A stretch of 64,000 nt of DNA from positions 52,576,001 through 52,640,000 of the forward strand of contig NC_043012.1 of NCBI RefSeq assembly GCF_006345805.1, in the 5' to 3' direction. The notes under the pieces were generated by a model. It did not search any database, was not told where the DNA came from, and saw nothing but the letters and a program-made list of their open reading frames with translations. A program made the position numbers and the translations under genes. Positions within the stretch are counted from its first letter, which is position 1, and every line of letters begins with the position of its first letter. Of the stretch, positions 27,206 through 43,038 are shown in pieces. Source of the stretch: Octopus sinensis. Its lineage: Eukaryota.

Positions 27206-27324
27206 ACAGCCTCTCTCTCTCTTTCTCTCTCTCTCTCTTCCTCTCTCTCTCTCTCTCTCTCTTCCTCTCTCTCTCTCTCTCTCTTTCTCTCAATATTACC
27301 TGTATATTTTTAATTAGTTATTTT

Positions 27325-27490
27325 AGGTGCAGGTATTACTCTGTATCTAAGAAGCTCATTTTGTTACCACATGGTTTCGTGTTCAGCGTCAAGGCGCGGC
27401 ACCTTGGTCAAGTGACCTCTACTACAAGTCTGGGGTTGACTAACGGCATGTGAATGGATTTGGTAGACAGACAGCATAGAAGCTCATTGC
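27325..27490 (+). mobile_element. Degraded partial family D (CORE-like) SINE
   Basis: CACATGGTTTCG..CACCTTGGTCAAGTGACCTCTACTA..GGATTTGGTAGAC, similar to 38165-38620. Confidence 0.6.
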
Positions 27491-28049
27491 AAATACATCC
27501 ATCCATTCATATATATATATATTGAGAAAAGGTAGCAGTCAGAATTTTGAATAATTCTTTAGCGCTTTCGTTCGTTTGACCGACAAAAATTAAGCCAAAA
27601 TAGATTTTTGTCTTAATTTTTGTCTTGAATAGAACAAAATGCGATAAATATCGAAAATTATTATATACCTTGTTTATCTAATCATACTTATGCATAAAAA
27701 ATACGAGTAAGACTTATCAAGTCGATTTTCTAATGCTTTAAATGGTATAATTTAAAAAAAAAAACGCTATATAACTAGACATCATTGCAATGTACCGTGT
27801 GGGTACTACTAACCTCGGTTACCAAAAGTAAATATCTAATTATCAATGAATGTTGTCTAATGGAAAAATATTGCATCTAGGAGGAAATAATCTTTAAACC
27901 ACTCCACTCCTTGAAGCCGAAGCTTATCCCCGACCTTTTGAAGGATGCACTATGTTGTCACACGATCTGTTGGAAATTGCATCTAAATCTTACGCCGAGA
28001 GTTTTAAAAGGATATACATTTAGATATATGAGATAATTACGATAAACGT

Positions 28050-28349
28050 CGCCCTTTTCAAGCCTAGCCAGTCTCATAGGCCCGGTTTCTGTGGCGTATG
28101 TACTCCCCACCCCCAGCTAAACGGGACGCCAGTCCATCGCAGCGTTACTCAAGAAACGGGAAGAGAGAGTGAGAGAAAGTTGGGGCGAAAGAGTACAACA
28201 GGGGTCGCCACCACCCCTGCCGGAGCCTCGTGGAGCTTTTAGGTGTTTTCGCTGAATAAACACACACACAACGCCCAGTCTGGGAATCGAAATCGCAATC
28301 CACCGACCGCGAGTCCGCTGCCCTAACCACTGGGCCATTGCGCCTCCAC
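28050..28349 (-). mobile_element. tRNA-derived SINE, family C
   Basis: Reverse complement begins GTGGAGGCGCAATGGCCCAGTGGTTAGGGC (A box) ... TTCGATTCCC (B box). Tail GATGGACTGGCGTCCCG...GAAACCGGGCC..AAAAGGGC. Confidence 0.8.
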
Positions 28350-29790
28350 ATATTAGGTAATTAGAGTTTACAATTCTTGAATCATAGACCTGCGCGATCA
28401 GGGCTGCTATCGTACTAAATAACAACATATGCTTGTTTTAGAATCTTGTTAATGTTCGATGATTGTATAGCTATTTATTTGGCTAGTTAAAGCACCGCAG
28501 TGCTTTACTGCTTATTCCGTATACGTCGTAAAGGAAATGTAAAATCAACCAGGACAATAGTACATTACTGCTTATTTCATATGATGGTAGTCCCTAGTAG
28601 TCCAGGAAGACAGCTCTGCAATGTCTTACTGAACAACCTGCACAAATGATTTCTTTATAGTTATCAAGTATGTCTGTTGTACAATAGCTCACTCCTTTCA
28701 ATCAAACCGATGTTACCTCTAGAAACTGTCTTTGTCTAAAAAGGACAGATTAGTTACTTGCTACAAATTCCAAATGAGAAGGGTAGATAATCACAGGAAT
28801 AAAGGATTTTCCAAAATAGACATGTCATTGCTTGCACAAGTCATAAATGAATTCTACTCTGTTGCTGTATACATCTAAGAGTCTTGTTTTCTGAAGATAA
28901 AGTAGGATAATTGCTGTACTGATGAGACTTCTTGAGGCAGAAATATATCAATAGCCCCTCTTGTTTTCAAGACAAGCAGACTGTGTTTTCCTTAATAGCA
29001 TCAATTTTTAAGAGAATTCTTGATTCTTGAGGTTATCTCATCTAAAGTTGGTACCAGAGATAGTTTCAATAAATCGAGAATTTATTTTATATGCCCTTAT
29101 TCATCTTTGAGCTCATTTTCATTTCATTTGTGTATATATTTGTGTATATATACACAGAGACACATATTATACACACATATTCATGAGCATATATACATAT
29201 ACACACACACACACACACGCATACTTATATGTTGCAATTTTGTAGAGTCAAATATTTAACAGGTTCACCATGTACCACACGTTAGGTGTCGAAGTGATCG
29301 CAACGATGACGAATTTTGTTCAAGACCACAACGCACTATCTGCGATCCAGAGGGCAACATTCTAAGCACCAAGCCATACGGCCTCACCTATTTCATAAAC
29401 ACTCAAGAGAAATTAAAACTTAAGAGTAATATTATGTAGTATAATTAATCTACTTAATCCATTATTTTATATGCTAATTTACATTTGATTGCACATTAGA
29501 AATAGTAACAAATCCACTCCGGACTGAAATACATTCCATTGGAATTCTATAATTTTACAATTTACGAAATAGGTGTGAATAGATTAAATACGATTCAGTT
29601 GAATTTTAATAATTATAACTACGAAGTAATTAATTATGGAATAAATTTCATGAAGTAAAACAAATGAAAGTATCTATTTCTGGAAAAAATGCTTTCTTCA
29701 TTTTATTAAAAGAGATAGGTGCAAGAGTGTCTGTGTGGTAAGAAGCTTGCTTACCAACCACATGGAGACACTTAGAATACTTATATATAG

Positions 29791-29938
29791 TGAGTTCAAA
29801 TGCCGCCCGGGTTGACATTACTTTCATCCTTCTGTAGTAGATAAACTAAATACCAGTAGAGGAATGGTGTCGATGTAATCGACAACTCCCTTTCCCTAAA
29901 ATTACTGGCCTTGTGCTAAAATTTGAAACCATTATTAT
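29791..29938 (+). mobile_element. Degraded 5'-truncated family A SINE with the alternative tail ending in (ATT)n
   Basis: GAGTTCAAAT..GTCGATGTAATCGAC..CCCTAAAATTACTGGCCTTGTGCTAAAATTTGAAACCATTATTATT. Confidence 0.65.
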
Positions 29939-30339
29939 TCCAGTTGCCAGGTTTCTCGATATTATTAATAGCAGTGTACAAAATTTCAAGTATGTCCTGT
30001 GAAGCCGTCAAACTTATAGAAGTTTAATGCTGTAGTTTAAATACAAACTTTCTCTCTTTGCCTCTGTGTGCGTGCGTGTTGATCGCATAGTTAAATAAAG
30101 CTTAAATATTTCACTTCGCACGTCTCCCTTCCACTCCCACCCTCGTAAAATTCTTCTATAAATAATATAAACCAACAGCAAAAAAAAATTTCTTTAAAAA
30201 AAAAATGTTTGTTCTGGTTTACACGTCGTATCTCTAATTTTCTTCATTTTCCACCTTCATATTATATCTATGTCCAAAGGCTAAACGGAATCTAACCAAA
30301 CTTGTTATGTACTTAATACTTAGCTCTATATATACATAC

Positions 30340-32390
<2,051 letters not shown>

Positions 32391-33829
32391 TTTTTTGTTT
32401 TCTTTTCAGTCAAATATAAAAAGAAAACAAAGACGAAATGTAGAAGACTTTTATGGAAAGATAGATGAGGTGGAATGAAAGTGAAAGTGAAAGTCAATTG
32501 TGTGGGATAAAACGACAGTAAAGAGTAATGACCAATATTTAGAGTCATAAAAAAAAGGTGAGCTTTGTCCAAGAATTTCTGTCTTGACCAGCCGGATATA
32601 TCAAAATGAATACCGAATAGGTAACAGCTGGAGAATAAGACTAGTTTCAGAATGATATATCAATCCATTCGTTGGAGAAGCAGTAGGTTTAAGATAAGGA
32701 CAGTAAGAGAATAGACAGGCTGTTTATAAGACGCTAATCTACGTGTATTGATTGGTTTAGTATAAGATTTCAGAATAATGGACATAGGCTGCAGAATGAA
32801 AAAATAAAGATATGAGGCGGTAAGATTACACGTGAAGGAGATAAAGAAAATGTGTTTGTACCAGAGAGAGAGAGAGAGGGAGGTGGAGTAAAGAAACAGA
32901 AAGAGTGAAAGAGAGAGTGTAATTAAAAGCAAAAGAAAAAAAAAAGGTAATTGATAAGTTAAGGGAGAAAAGTGCTCAAGCGATTTAGAGGTTTAGATGC
33001 CGGAGGAAATGAGTACGTTGAGAAGAGAGTGGAGAGAAAGAGATAGAGGGAAAAATACAATCAAAGACCATAACGAATGGAGGAGACAATTGCAAAAATA
33101 AAGAGAATCGCAAAGAAAATAGGAATAAGTGCAAGATTCTAGGAATGAAATGATGTTTGAATAAAGAAATTAATGCTAGTAATATTACTTGAAGCAATGA
33201 AAAGTTCATACCAGCAGAAAAAAGATAGAAGAAATAAAGTGAGTTTAAAAGAGAAACGAACGTTAAAGAGAGTGAAGAAAACGCCATAACTACGTCTGCG
33301 TTCCTTGGAGCTATCTTGCACATCAAACTGACGAATAAGCGCATTATAAATTCTACAAATTGCTGCATCTGTATTACTCTGAATGAAGATACGTAAGATT
33401 CCGGTATGTAAGGATTAAGTGATCAGAGGATATTCTAAGTGTCTCCTTACTAACAATATCAATATGTTGTCTTCATTTGAAAATGACAAAAAAAAATTCT
33501 TATTGATTAAATTAACGAACAGAAAGCGGGAAAAAAATTTAGGAAAGTGCTAAGATGTATGTAAATAACGATGATTTGTTGTGCATAATTTTTCTGCACG
33601 ATGTATATATGACATGTCCTGCTAATATGTCATTTATGTTGATTATAAGCTGCAGTATGTGCAGCAAGACAGAATTATGGTATGCTATGTACACATCTGT
33701 ATTATGCTATTTACATTTTTATATACTGTTAACTTAGTGTTCTGCATTGTGTAGATATCAACTTCTCTCATTATCAGTCGACTATAAACTGCATTTGCGT
33801 CGTACAACATTGATAAGAGTTCCAAATAT

Positions 33830-35150
33830 ACCATTCTGTCATTAGTATTATAAGTCCCTCAGCAATCGCAACACTATTCTCCATCAGAGTCCTGGATGCG
33901 CTTGTGTAAGGCTGTTTAGATTTCTCTTGTTCATCATCTAAAATGGCAGGTTGCCGTACAGTTGCTCATTGGTCAATTTCTACATCCAGGTGGCGGCTGA
34001 AGGCCGTCTGTCAGATTAATTCTAAGAATCTTCTCTTGACTTCTTTGGCGAGATTACAAATTTACATATTCTTCGTATCGGTGAGCACTTTCCAAACAAG
34101 GCTTTTGTTCACAATTATCTCCTTTTCTTATCCCACCGTAAGAATTCGAGGATCTCGGAGCATTTTACTACGTATTCTATAGAACAAGTTTCCTTCAGTA
34201 GTCTTTATCCGCTGATACACTACTATGATGTATACCACTTCTTTCACTTTCTTCAGATTAAAATGAAACACGACTTACTTTGTTGCACTCAGTTTTTATT
34301 CTCAACATGAGGGTTTGCACATTCGCGATTTCGTCCGACAAAAATGTAACAAAGTCCAGACCAGTCAGCGTCACATATCAGCCCTTCCCGGATTTCTTTT
34401 GTGCAGTGATGAGTTAAAACACGGTGAGGGTATGGTCCAAAGTACGACAAACACGAAGAGTGTCAGTATATTATCTTGTAGTACTCCAGGTCGCAGCTCA
34501 AGGATATCGGTTTCACAATGCGATGGGATTAATCAAGCTACAGGCTTGGTGTACAAAGCCTTTTTGCCTTATAAGAAATGCGGGAAGGCCTGATCTTGAA
34601 GATCATGATCAAGTTTCCCCGAAGAAGTGAATCAAATAATTTCTAGAAGTCGTTAAATATCAAGATTAGTGAGAGATTGTTTCACTTCACCTCTTCTACT
34701 GTTCTCCAAGGTCATTCTCTTCGTCATGATTATCCGCTTGTCCCACACTGATTCAAATGAGGATCACCAGATTATACCTGATTGTGCAGCTTTACACAGA
34801 TAGTACTCTTCTCATCCCACGATAGTTGCAGTTCTTGCTAGAAGATACTGATTTTTGAATAAGTATTCTACCGTTCTTGATTGTCGTCCTTCCTTAGTAA
34901 TGTATTGCATGTGTTTTATAAGATATCCTCTAGGCAATCATTTTGAGCCCTTCAGATTTGATGCTTATGTGTTCAACATTCTTTCCTTGTTTTCGAAAGA
35001 TTTTCTTTCAGTTTTTTTCTCAGCTCAGCCACGGAAGATATACCGTTGGCATTGACAAGTATCGTGCAGATATCACCATCACTATTTGGAAGATTATTCA
35101 GTATACTATTAAAGAGCTTCAAACCACTTCTATACCACATGCTGATTTAC
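33830..35150 (-). mobile_element. Highly degraded RTE-clade LINE fragment (RT region and C-terminus)
   Basis: Minus-strand peptides ETDILELRPGVLQDNILTLFVFVV (RT domain 4, cf. GVLQGD.LAP.LF), TGLDF[ADD missing]VTFLSDE..QTLMLRIKTECNKV and KLTNEQLYGNLP. Many stops and frameshifts. Confidence 0.75.
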
Positions 35151-35312
35151 CATGATCGTCATGCACCCTACTCCCCACGATCGTATCTCCGTTGGCTATG
35201 CCTATCTCGCTAACTATTTAAACAGGAGCTGACAGTTAATATGAAGTCAGCGCACGTTCAGAACTGTGATACGTAATGCTTACTTGTGATATTGTGTTGC
35301 TTTATATATTAT

Positions 35313-35590
35313 GTGGAGGCGCGTGGCTTAGTGGTTAAGGTGTCAGCACCATGATCGTAAGATTGTGGTTTCGATTCCTGGACCGGGCAACGCGTTGTGT
35401 TCTTGAGCAAAGCATTTCATTTCACGTTGCTCCAGTCCACTCAGCTGGCAAAAAAGGAGTAGCGCTGCGGCGGACTGGCGTCCCGTCCAGCTGGGGAATA
35501 CACAAGCCATTGAAACCGGGAAACCGGGCCCATGAGCCGACCTAAGCTTTAAAAGGGCACATTTATTTATTTATTTTTATTTATTTATAT
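35313..35590 (+). mobile_element. Chimeric tRNA-derived SINE: family B head and body with family C tail, then (ATTT)n
   Basis: 5' part matches 37737-37870. 3' part GGACTGGCGTCCCGTCCAGCTGGGG..GAAACCGGG..AAAAGGGC matches the tail of the 28050-28349 element. Confidence 0.75.
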
Positions 35591-35734
35591 ATTATGTTCA
35601 TAATATATTTCGTCCTGGTCAACATATTGTTCATATATAATATGATTATAAGTAAATTACACATGACACACATTCTCTAATATATATTGCGATTAAATGT
35701 TATACATTTAAGCGCAAAATATGAGCAAATACTG

Positions 35735-36230
35735 GTTTCATATTTTGGCACAAGACCAGCAATTTTAGGGGAAGTGTAAAATCGATTACATCAATCCAAG
35801 TGCTTGCACTTGTTTAGTTGACCTCGATAGGATAATAGGGGAAAGTCGACCTCGGTGGAATTTGAATTCAGAACGTAATACGGACGAAATGACGCTAAAC
35901 ATATTGTGTGGCGTGCCAACACTTCCACTAGTTTGTCATCTTATTTAGTGAATGAATATTGGTTCAAATTTTGAGACAGGGACAGCAATTTCGAGGGAAC
36001 GTGGAAGTTGATTAGGTCGACCTTAGTGCACAACTGGTACTTATTATATCGACCTCAAAAGGATAAAAGGCTAAGTCGACCTCGACGGAATTTGATATCA
36101 AAACCTAATATATAGTAAATAAATATTGATTTGAGATGATGGCACAAGGCCAGCAAGTAAGGTAGACGGACTAAGTCGATTACATCAACCCCAACGCTCA
36201 ACTAGTGCTTATTCTAATCAAATCCGTAGG
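35735..36230 (-). mobile_element. Head-to-tail cluster of three partial family A SINEs (alternative tail)
   Basis: Repeated AAGTCGACCTCG..GGAATTTGA and GATTACATCAA/GATTAGGTCGAC segments, each preceded by GCACAAG.CCAGCAA. Confidence 0.7.
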
Positions 36231-36262
36231 ATTTAGCATTTTGCCAAAGATTTCGTCAGATC

Positions 36263-36590
36263 GCTGAGGCCGACCAAAGCCTTGTGATTAGATTTGGTAG
36301 ACGGAAACTGAAAGAAGCCCGTCGTATACACACACACACATACATATATGTATATATGTATGTATGTATGTGTATCTCTTTCTGTCTGTGTTTGTCCTCT
36401 CATCACCGCTTGACAACCGGTGTTGGTGTGTTTGCGTTCCCGTAATCTAGCAGCTAGGCAATAGAGACCAATAGAATAGGTACTAAGCTTTAAAAACAAT
36501 AAGTCCTGGCGTCGATTTGTGTGACTAAAACCCTCCAAGGCGTTGCTCTAACATGGCTGCGGTCAAATGACTGAAGCAAGTAAAAAAAAA
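36263..36590 (+). mobile_element. 5'-truncated family D SINE with internal microsatellite
   Basis: GGCCGACCAAAGCCTTGTG..GACGGAAACTGAAAGAAGCCCGTCG..GCTTGACAACCG..CATGGCTGCGGTCAAATGACTGAA. Confidence 0.8.
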
Positions 36591-37429
36591 ATCCTGAATA
36601 TATAACGAATCATATGATGAACAATACATTGTATTATGTAATACACGTAACGTAACTCCTTATATGTCATAATTGAATGCATACAAGTGCTCCAAGTTCT
36701 CTGCAATAATAAGGTGATGACACATTAAAACAAACACCACAAAACATAGAAAAACATTAGTTCAGTCAGTCTACATTCAAATCTTATCGTCTTTAACTTT
36801 CATTCCCCGGGGAACGATAAAACAAGTGTCTGCAATATTTTCGATAAGAATAATAAACGATTTAATTAGAAATTTCTCAGTTATAAATGGTAACTGTATT
36901 TCCGTAACAATATTCGTACAACGTCTTTAAATGTATGAGTTACCTTTAGGGGCTGAAAAATCGGAATGGTAATGAGAATGTTAATAAGAATATAAATAAG
37001 CATGTTAATACTCATGCAGATGAGAATGTAAATACGAAGGAAATTTGAAGCTAAATATATTCATATATTTGGAACAGCTTACACCGCGGCAGACTTTGAG
37101 TTTTTGAATATTTTGCGTTTTAAGTCTTCACTTCTAAATGTTTACGCACAAGCAAAGAGACGCACATATACGCACTGATACACGAACACACACACAAATG
37201 CAAGATCACATACATATATATGTGTATGTATACACACATACAAGCACAAAAACATACACAAATACGCGAGCGTTAACATAGTGATCATGCATGTCTATTG
37301 GGGGATGAATGCACATACATGTATGAACGTATATGTATATGTATGTGCATATAGATAGATAGATAAATAGAGAGAGAGAGAGAGAGTATGGAGAGAGTGA
37401 TATGTATATATATATATATATATATTCAA

Positions 37430-37639
37430 AATGTGACCACGTGTGTAACCGTTGGCGATTTCTTTTTCTCCGTCTTCCCTTCTCTGTATCTTTCCTTTCC
37501 CTATGTTTCTAACGAAGAGCTCTGCTCGAAACGTAAAAGTCTCCTTCCTTCCCTCCCTTCCTGAAGGTTCAATAATACTATATTTGTTCCACGTCCTCGC
37601 GTTGTTGTGTTTTCTCTTTGTGTTTTCATGTTTGGATTA

Positions 37640-37650
<11 letters not shown>
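37430..37650 (+). mobile_element. Penelope-like element terminal (pseudo-LTR) remnant in (TA)n, with a degenerate minimal hammerhead motif
   Basis: GTTT-CTAACGA-A-GAGC-TCT-GCTC-GAAACGTA-AAAG at 37505-37539. The downstream part is repeated at 38337-38405. Both pieces are flanked by (TA)n. Confidence 0.6.
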
Positions 37651-37680
<30 letters not shown>

Positions 37681-37736
37681 CATACACATATATGTTTACA
37701 TATATATGTGTGTGTGTCTGTGTGTATAATCATATA

Positions 37737-38057
37737 GTGAGGGCGCATGGCTTAGTGGTTAGGGCATTCGGCTCATGATCGTAAGGTTGTGAGTTCGATT
37801 CCCGGCGACGCGTTGTGTCCTTGAGCAAGACACTTTATTTCACGTTGCTCCAGTTCACTCAGCTGGCAAAAATGAGTTGTACTTGTATTTCAAAGGGTCA
37901 GCCTTGTCACTCTCTGTGTCACGCTGATTATCCCTGAGAACTACGTTAAGGGTACACGTGTCTGTGGAATGCTCAGCCATTTGCACGTAATTTCACGAGC
38001 AAGCTGTTCCGTTGATCGTATCAGCTGGGACCTTCGTCGTCGTAACCGGCGGAGTCT
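37737..38057 (+). mobile_element. Full-length tRNA-derived SINE, family B
   Basis: A box GGCTTAGTGG, B box GTTCGATTCC, central GTCCTTGAGCAAGACACTT..CCAGTTCACTCAGCTGGCAAAAATGAG, tail ..CGTCGTAACCGGCGGAGTC. Confidence 0.85.
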
Positions 38058-38085
38058 TTTTTTTTTTTATATCATATAGTGTGTG

Positions 38086-38142
<57 letters not shown>

Positions 38143-38164
38143 ACGAGCCCCAGCATTTTTTCAT

Positions 38165-38620
38165 AGACGCATGAGTGGCTGTATGGTAAATAGATTGTTT
38201 ACCAGCAACATGGTTCCGAGTTCATTCCCACTGTGTGGCACCTTGGGTACGTATCCTCTACTATAGCCTCGGGCCGACTAAAGCCTTGTGAGTGGATTTG
38301 ATGGACGGAAACTGAAAGAAGCCTGTCGTATATATATAATAATACTATATTTGTTCCACGTCCTCGCGTTGTAGTATTTTTTTGTGCTTTCATGTTTTGA
38401 TTAACTATATATATATATATGTTTGTGTCTGTGTTTGTCCCCCTAACATCGCTTGACAACCGATGCTGTTGTGTTTACGCTCCCGTAACTTAGCGGTTCG
38501 GCAAAAGGACGGATAGAATAAGTACTAGGCTTACAAAGGATACGTCCTGGGGTCAGTTTGTACGACTAAAGCCTGTGCTCCAGCATGGCCTCATTCAAAC
38601 GACTGAAACAATTAAAAGAG
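38165..38620 (+). mobile_element. Family D (CORE-like) SINE; its internal (TA)n contains a Penelope-like fragment at 38337-38405
   Basis: Head GAGTGGCTGTATGGTAA..GGTTCCGAGTTCATTCCC, CORE-like CACCTTGGG..TCTACTATAGCCTCGGGCCGAC, tail CATGGCC..GACTGAAACAATTAAAAGAG. Confidence 0.85.
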
Positions 38621-38769
38621 AAAGCAGAGACACACAAACACACACACATTTACATACATACAAGTAGAAATAAATATACAGATATGCCTTACATATAAAT
38701 ACATTTATAAATGTATACATATGTATATGTGTGTATGTGTGCGTACATCCGTATATGTGTGTGTATGTA

Positions 38770-38780
38770 TATATATAATA

Positions 38781-38827
<47 letters not shown>

Positions 38828-38893
38828 TAATTATATATATATTATATATATATATATATAATTATATATATTATATATATATTAATATTATAT

Positions 38894-38927
<34 letters not shown>

Positions 38928-39214
38928 ATAAATATATATACCAGTCTGTTTCGCTGTCTTTCTCAAAACCTCATTTTTTCCTCCCTCTGCCTCTTTATTG
39001 CTTTGCTACCCTAATTCTATATATGAGCTTCTGTATCAATCCTGCGTTTCCGCTATAGTGGTTTCCCCTTCATCAACTGCTCCGTCAATGAACGAATATA
39101 GTTTTCGTATACCAAAAACAATATTACTAAAAATTAAATAAACTAGGCAACGATAAATATAATAAAAATAAAATAATCAGAATATATATGTGTATATATT
39201 TATATACACAAACA

Positions 39215-39245
<31 letters not shown>

Positions 39246-39329
39246 TATACATATATATATATGTATGTATGTGTGCGTATTTGTGTCTGTATATATACAT
39301 ATGTGTATATATATATATATGTATATATG

Positions 39330-39376
<47 letters not shown>

Positions 39377-39396
39377 TATATACATATATACATATA

Positions 39397-39441
<45 letters not shown>

Positions 39442-40093
39442 CGTACAGAAAATAATCTTGAACAGGATCCAAGAAGATTTTTCAACCTTAAAAATGGAAG
39501 TTGAAATAATGAAACTGTGTGTATCCATATGTGTATGTGCGTATATGTGTGTGCGTGTATGTGTGTGCGTCTCTCAGTCTAACTGTCTCTGTATTGCGTT
39601 TACCCATCTGCGTATGCTGTGCGTATATATCTATATATTCATATGTTAGTACTTATTTTCCATGGCTATTTCTTAAATGCGTTTCTGGGGCATTTTTTTC
39701 TACTCCTCAGTATACATCCCACAATCTTATTTTAACTTCCTTATTTGTTTGATTAGTTCAGAGAGCATCGAAATCGAGACGACGATGTCTGCAGTGTTGT
39801 TGCTGCTGTTATTATTGTTTTTTATGTGGTAGTGATACCAGGAAAGGGTTTAAGACGTTGTGTTGTTCATAGTGTCGGATGGGTCGCTTACTGTTAATTT
39901 TGCTTTCTAAAGTTATTTTTATTATATCTACTATGTTAGAACATTCAGTCCCACAGAAATATTGTTCATCTCTCTTCTTTATTCACTCCATCGACTCTCT
40001 TATAAACACTACTTACTCTTTCTTCGCCACCTCCTGCTCTCTCCCTCTCACCCTTTACAAACACACTCACTAGGCATACATATATATACATAT

Positions 40094-40169
<76 letters not shown>

Positions 40170-40247
40170 CATATATATGCACGCACACAAATATGATATA
40201 TAAATATATATACACATGCATGTATATCTATTTCTAACTACACACAT

Positions 40248-40301
<54 letters not shown>

Positions 40302-40370
40302 CTTACACATATATTTACATATATGTGTACTTATATATATACATATATATATATATATGCATGTATGTAT
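38770..40370. repeat. (TA)n microsatellite blocks (38770-38940, 39180-39440, 40070-40370)
   Basis: Direct reading. Confidence 0.9.
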
Positions 40371-40759
40371 GTATGTTCTGTCTTTCTCTGGAATGATTTT
40401 CCTTTTTATCCCATTTATCAATCGTGATGTATATACGAGTGTCTCAAAGGTGCGCGTATTTGCTTGTGCGTATGTAGTATGCGCACGCGATATGTGTAGA
40501 TGTGTAGAATGTGGAGCCTGTGTATATGTTTTCGCGCTTGTGTTCCTGTGTGTGCCTGTATGCCAGTGCACTTGTGTGAGTGTGAGTGTGTATGTGGATA
40601 TGTGTGTGTGTGCGCGCACATGTGTGTCTACGCGTGTGTGGTATTGGGAAATATTCTTACGGATGCAGCTCCCAAATAAATATATTTTGATGTTTTATAA
40701 GCCACCTAATTAATTCCCATATCCACATATACTTGTTGCTCTTGTTGTGGTTGACGTGG

Positions 40760-41682
40760 TAGCTGTTGTTGTTGTTGTTGTGGTGTTCTTGCTCTTGCTG
40801 TTTTTGTTGTTGTTGTTGTTGTTATGATGTTTATTATTGTTGTCTTTTTGTTGTTAATGGTGTTCGTCTTGCTGGAAAAGTTATGCTTGTTGGTAGTGAA
40901 TTCATTTTTTTATTTGTTATGTATTTATTTACTATATATATATGTTCTTTTGTTTTTTTCTGTTCTTATATACCATTCCGGTGTTTCTTTAGATTAAGCA
41001 ATCCTCTTGTGAACTCTTCTTGCTAATATCATAACTACTCTTGACGATAATGGCTGTGGTGGTGGTGGTGCTGCTGCTGCTACTAAAGAAGAAGAGAGTG
41101 AAGAAGAAAGAAAAGAAGAAGAAGACGAAGAAGAGGAGGAGAAGCAGAAGAAGACGATTACGACGACTATGACGACGACGACGATGATGATGATGATGAT
41201 GAGGATGAGGATGGTGATGACGATGATTATGAAGATGGTGGTGGTGGTGGTGGTGGCGGTAGTGGTGGTGGTGGTGGTGGCGGTGGTAGTGGTGGTTTTG
41301 GTGATGGTGGTGAGGATGATGATGGTAATGATGAGGATGATGGTGATGATGATGATGGTGATGATGATGGTGATGATGATGACGCTGATGATGATGAGGA
41401 TGGTGATGATGATGATGGTGATGATGATGATGGTGATGATGATGATGATGATGATGATGATTGGGGGAGAACTGGAGAATGTGGAAGGGATGATAATTGC
41501 AATGACGACGAGTACTATTATTTTCATTATTATTCATATTATAAATAATATTAACGAAAAACGATAATTAAATTATTGTGTGATAACGACGATGAGGATC
41601 GTGATAACGATGATAATGATGACAAGGAGGAAGAGGAGGACGAGGAGGACGGGGAAGACGGTGGTGATAATGATGATGATGG

Positions 41683-41714
<32 letters not shown>

Positions 41715-41765
41715 TAGATGAGGATGATGAAGATGAGGATCTTCATTATAATGGTGGTGATAATA
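40760..41765. repeat. Trinucleotide arrays (GTT)n, (GAA)n, (GAT)n, (GGT)n
   Basis: Direct reading. Source of the poly-His, poly-Met, poly-Ser and poly-Asp ORFs. Confidence 0.9.
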
Positions 41766-42328
41766 ATTTACTGCAGTCGATACTGCAGAATCTACTCTTG
41801 ATCATTGTGTATATATTTCGATGAGAGAGACTGAGAGAGAGAGAGAGAGAGAGAAAGAAAGAGACAGAACGGGAGAGAGAATAAGAGTGAGAAAGATCTA
41901 GTGAGACAGAGAGAAGAAAGATAGAAAGAGAAAGAATGAGAAAAAAAGAGGTGGAGAGAAAGAAGTAAAGGTAACGATAATTATGAGAGATTAGAAAGAA
42001 AAACAAGGATTTGAGATTTCAATGGAGAGCCTGGTTTGGCCGCATTGCTTTTAATTTTAATGAATTACACAAATAGAATTTTAGATATTGTATTTTAAGA
42101 TGCCAGGTGCTGATTTGCCATTTTCTTTTCTAGAAAGTTTGTTATGAACCGAATAATTTCTCCTTTGTGTAAATGATCCTGTAAAGCGATATTAAATTTT
42201 CATGCATACAAACAAACGCATAGAGATTTCTGCTTATTTATACACACATACACGTACATACACACACACACAAACATACACACATACCCCCCACACACAC
42301 AACACACACACACACACACGCTTACTCA

Positions 42329-42384
42329 CAGTTAGATAGATAGATAGATAGATATATAGATAGATAGATAGATAGATAGACAGT

Positions 42385-42456
<72 letters not shown>

Positions 42457-42619
42457 CATATACATAGACACACACACAAACACACTCACACCCCACACAC
42501 ACACACACAACACACACACACGCTTACTCACAGTTAGATAGATAGACATATAGATAGATAGACAGATAGATAGATAGACATATAATCAGATAGATAGTCA
42601 GATAGATATATATATATAT

Positions 42620-42690
<71 letters not shown>
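42329..42690. repeat. (GATA)n microsatellite flanking the LINE 3' end
   Basis: Direct reading. Continues at 47187-47294 in the same orientation on the other side of the LINE. Confidence 0.95.
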
Positions 42691-43038
42691 TGTTTCTTTA
42701 TTAGTCACACAGGGCTGCACACAGACAGGACAAATTACAAGGTAGAACTTTTCTTTTGGGGATAAAAAAGGGGGTTTGGTTTTCGATCAAAAGGGATCGT
42801 AAAAGGAAAGAAAGAGGGAAAAAGTCGGGGGGGATAACAAATAAAAGGAAAACGAAAAAAAATCGATCAATAGGGATCGTTATCACAGAAATGTCAATAT
42901 AAAGTGTAAAGGGGAGGACAGGTGTGGTTTACCCGTGGAAAGAAAAGCCTACGGAAAAGATCACGTTAACCTCGGTCAATGAAGTCACATGTTATATATT
43001 TTTACAAATAAGCAACTCTCTGTATCAATTTTTACGGT

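Noticed and set aside
41576-41824. Acidic 82-aa ORF resembling a nucleolin-like acidic tract
   Set aside because: GAT/GAG trinucleotide repeat with a TTG/GTG-type start and no flanking domain.
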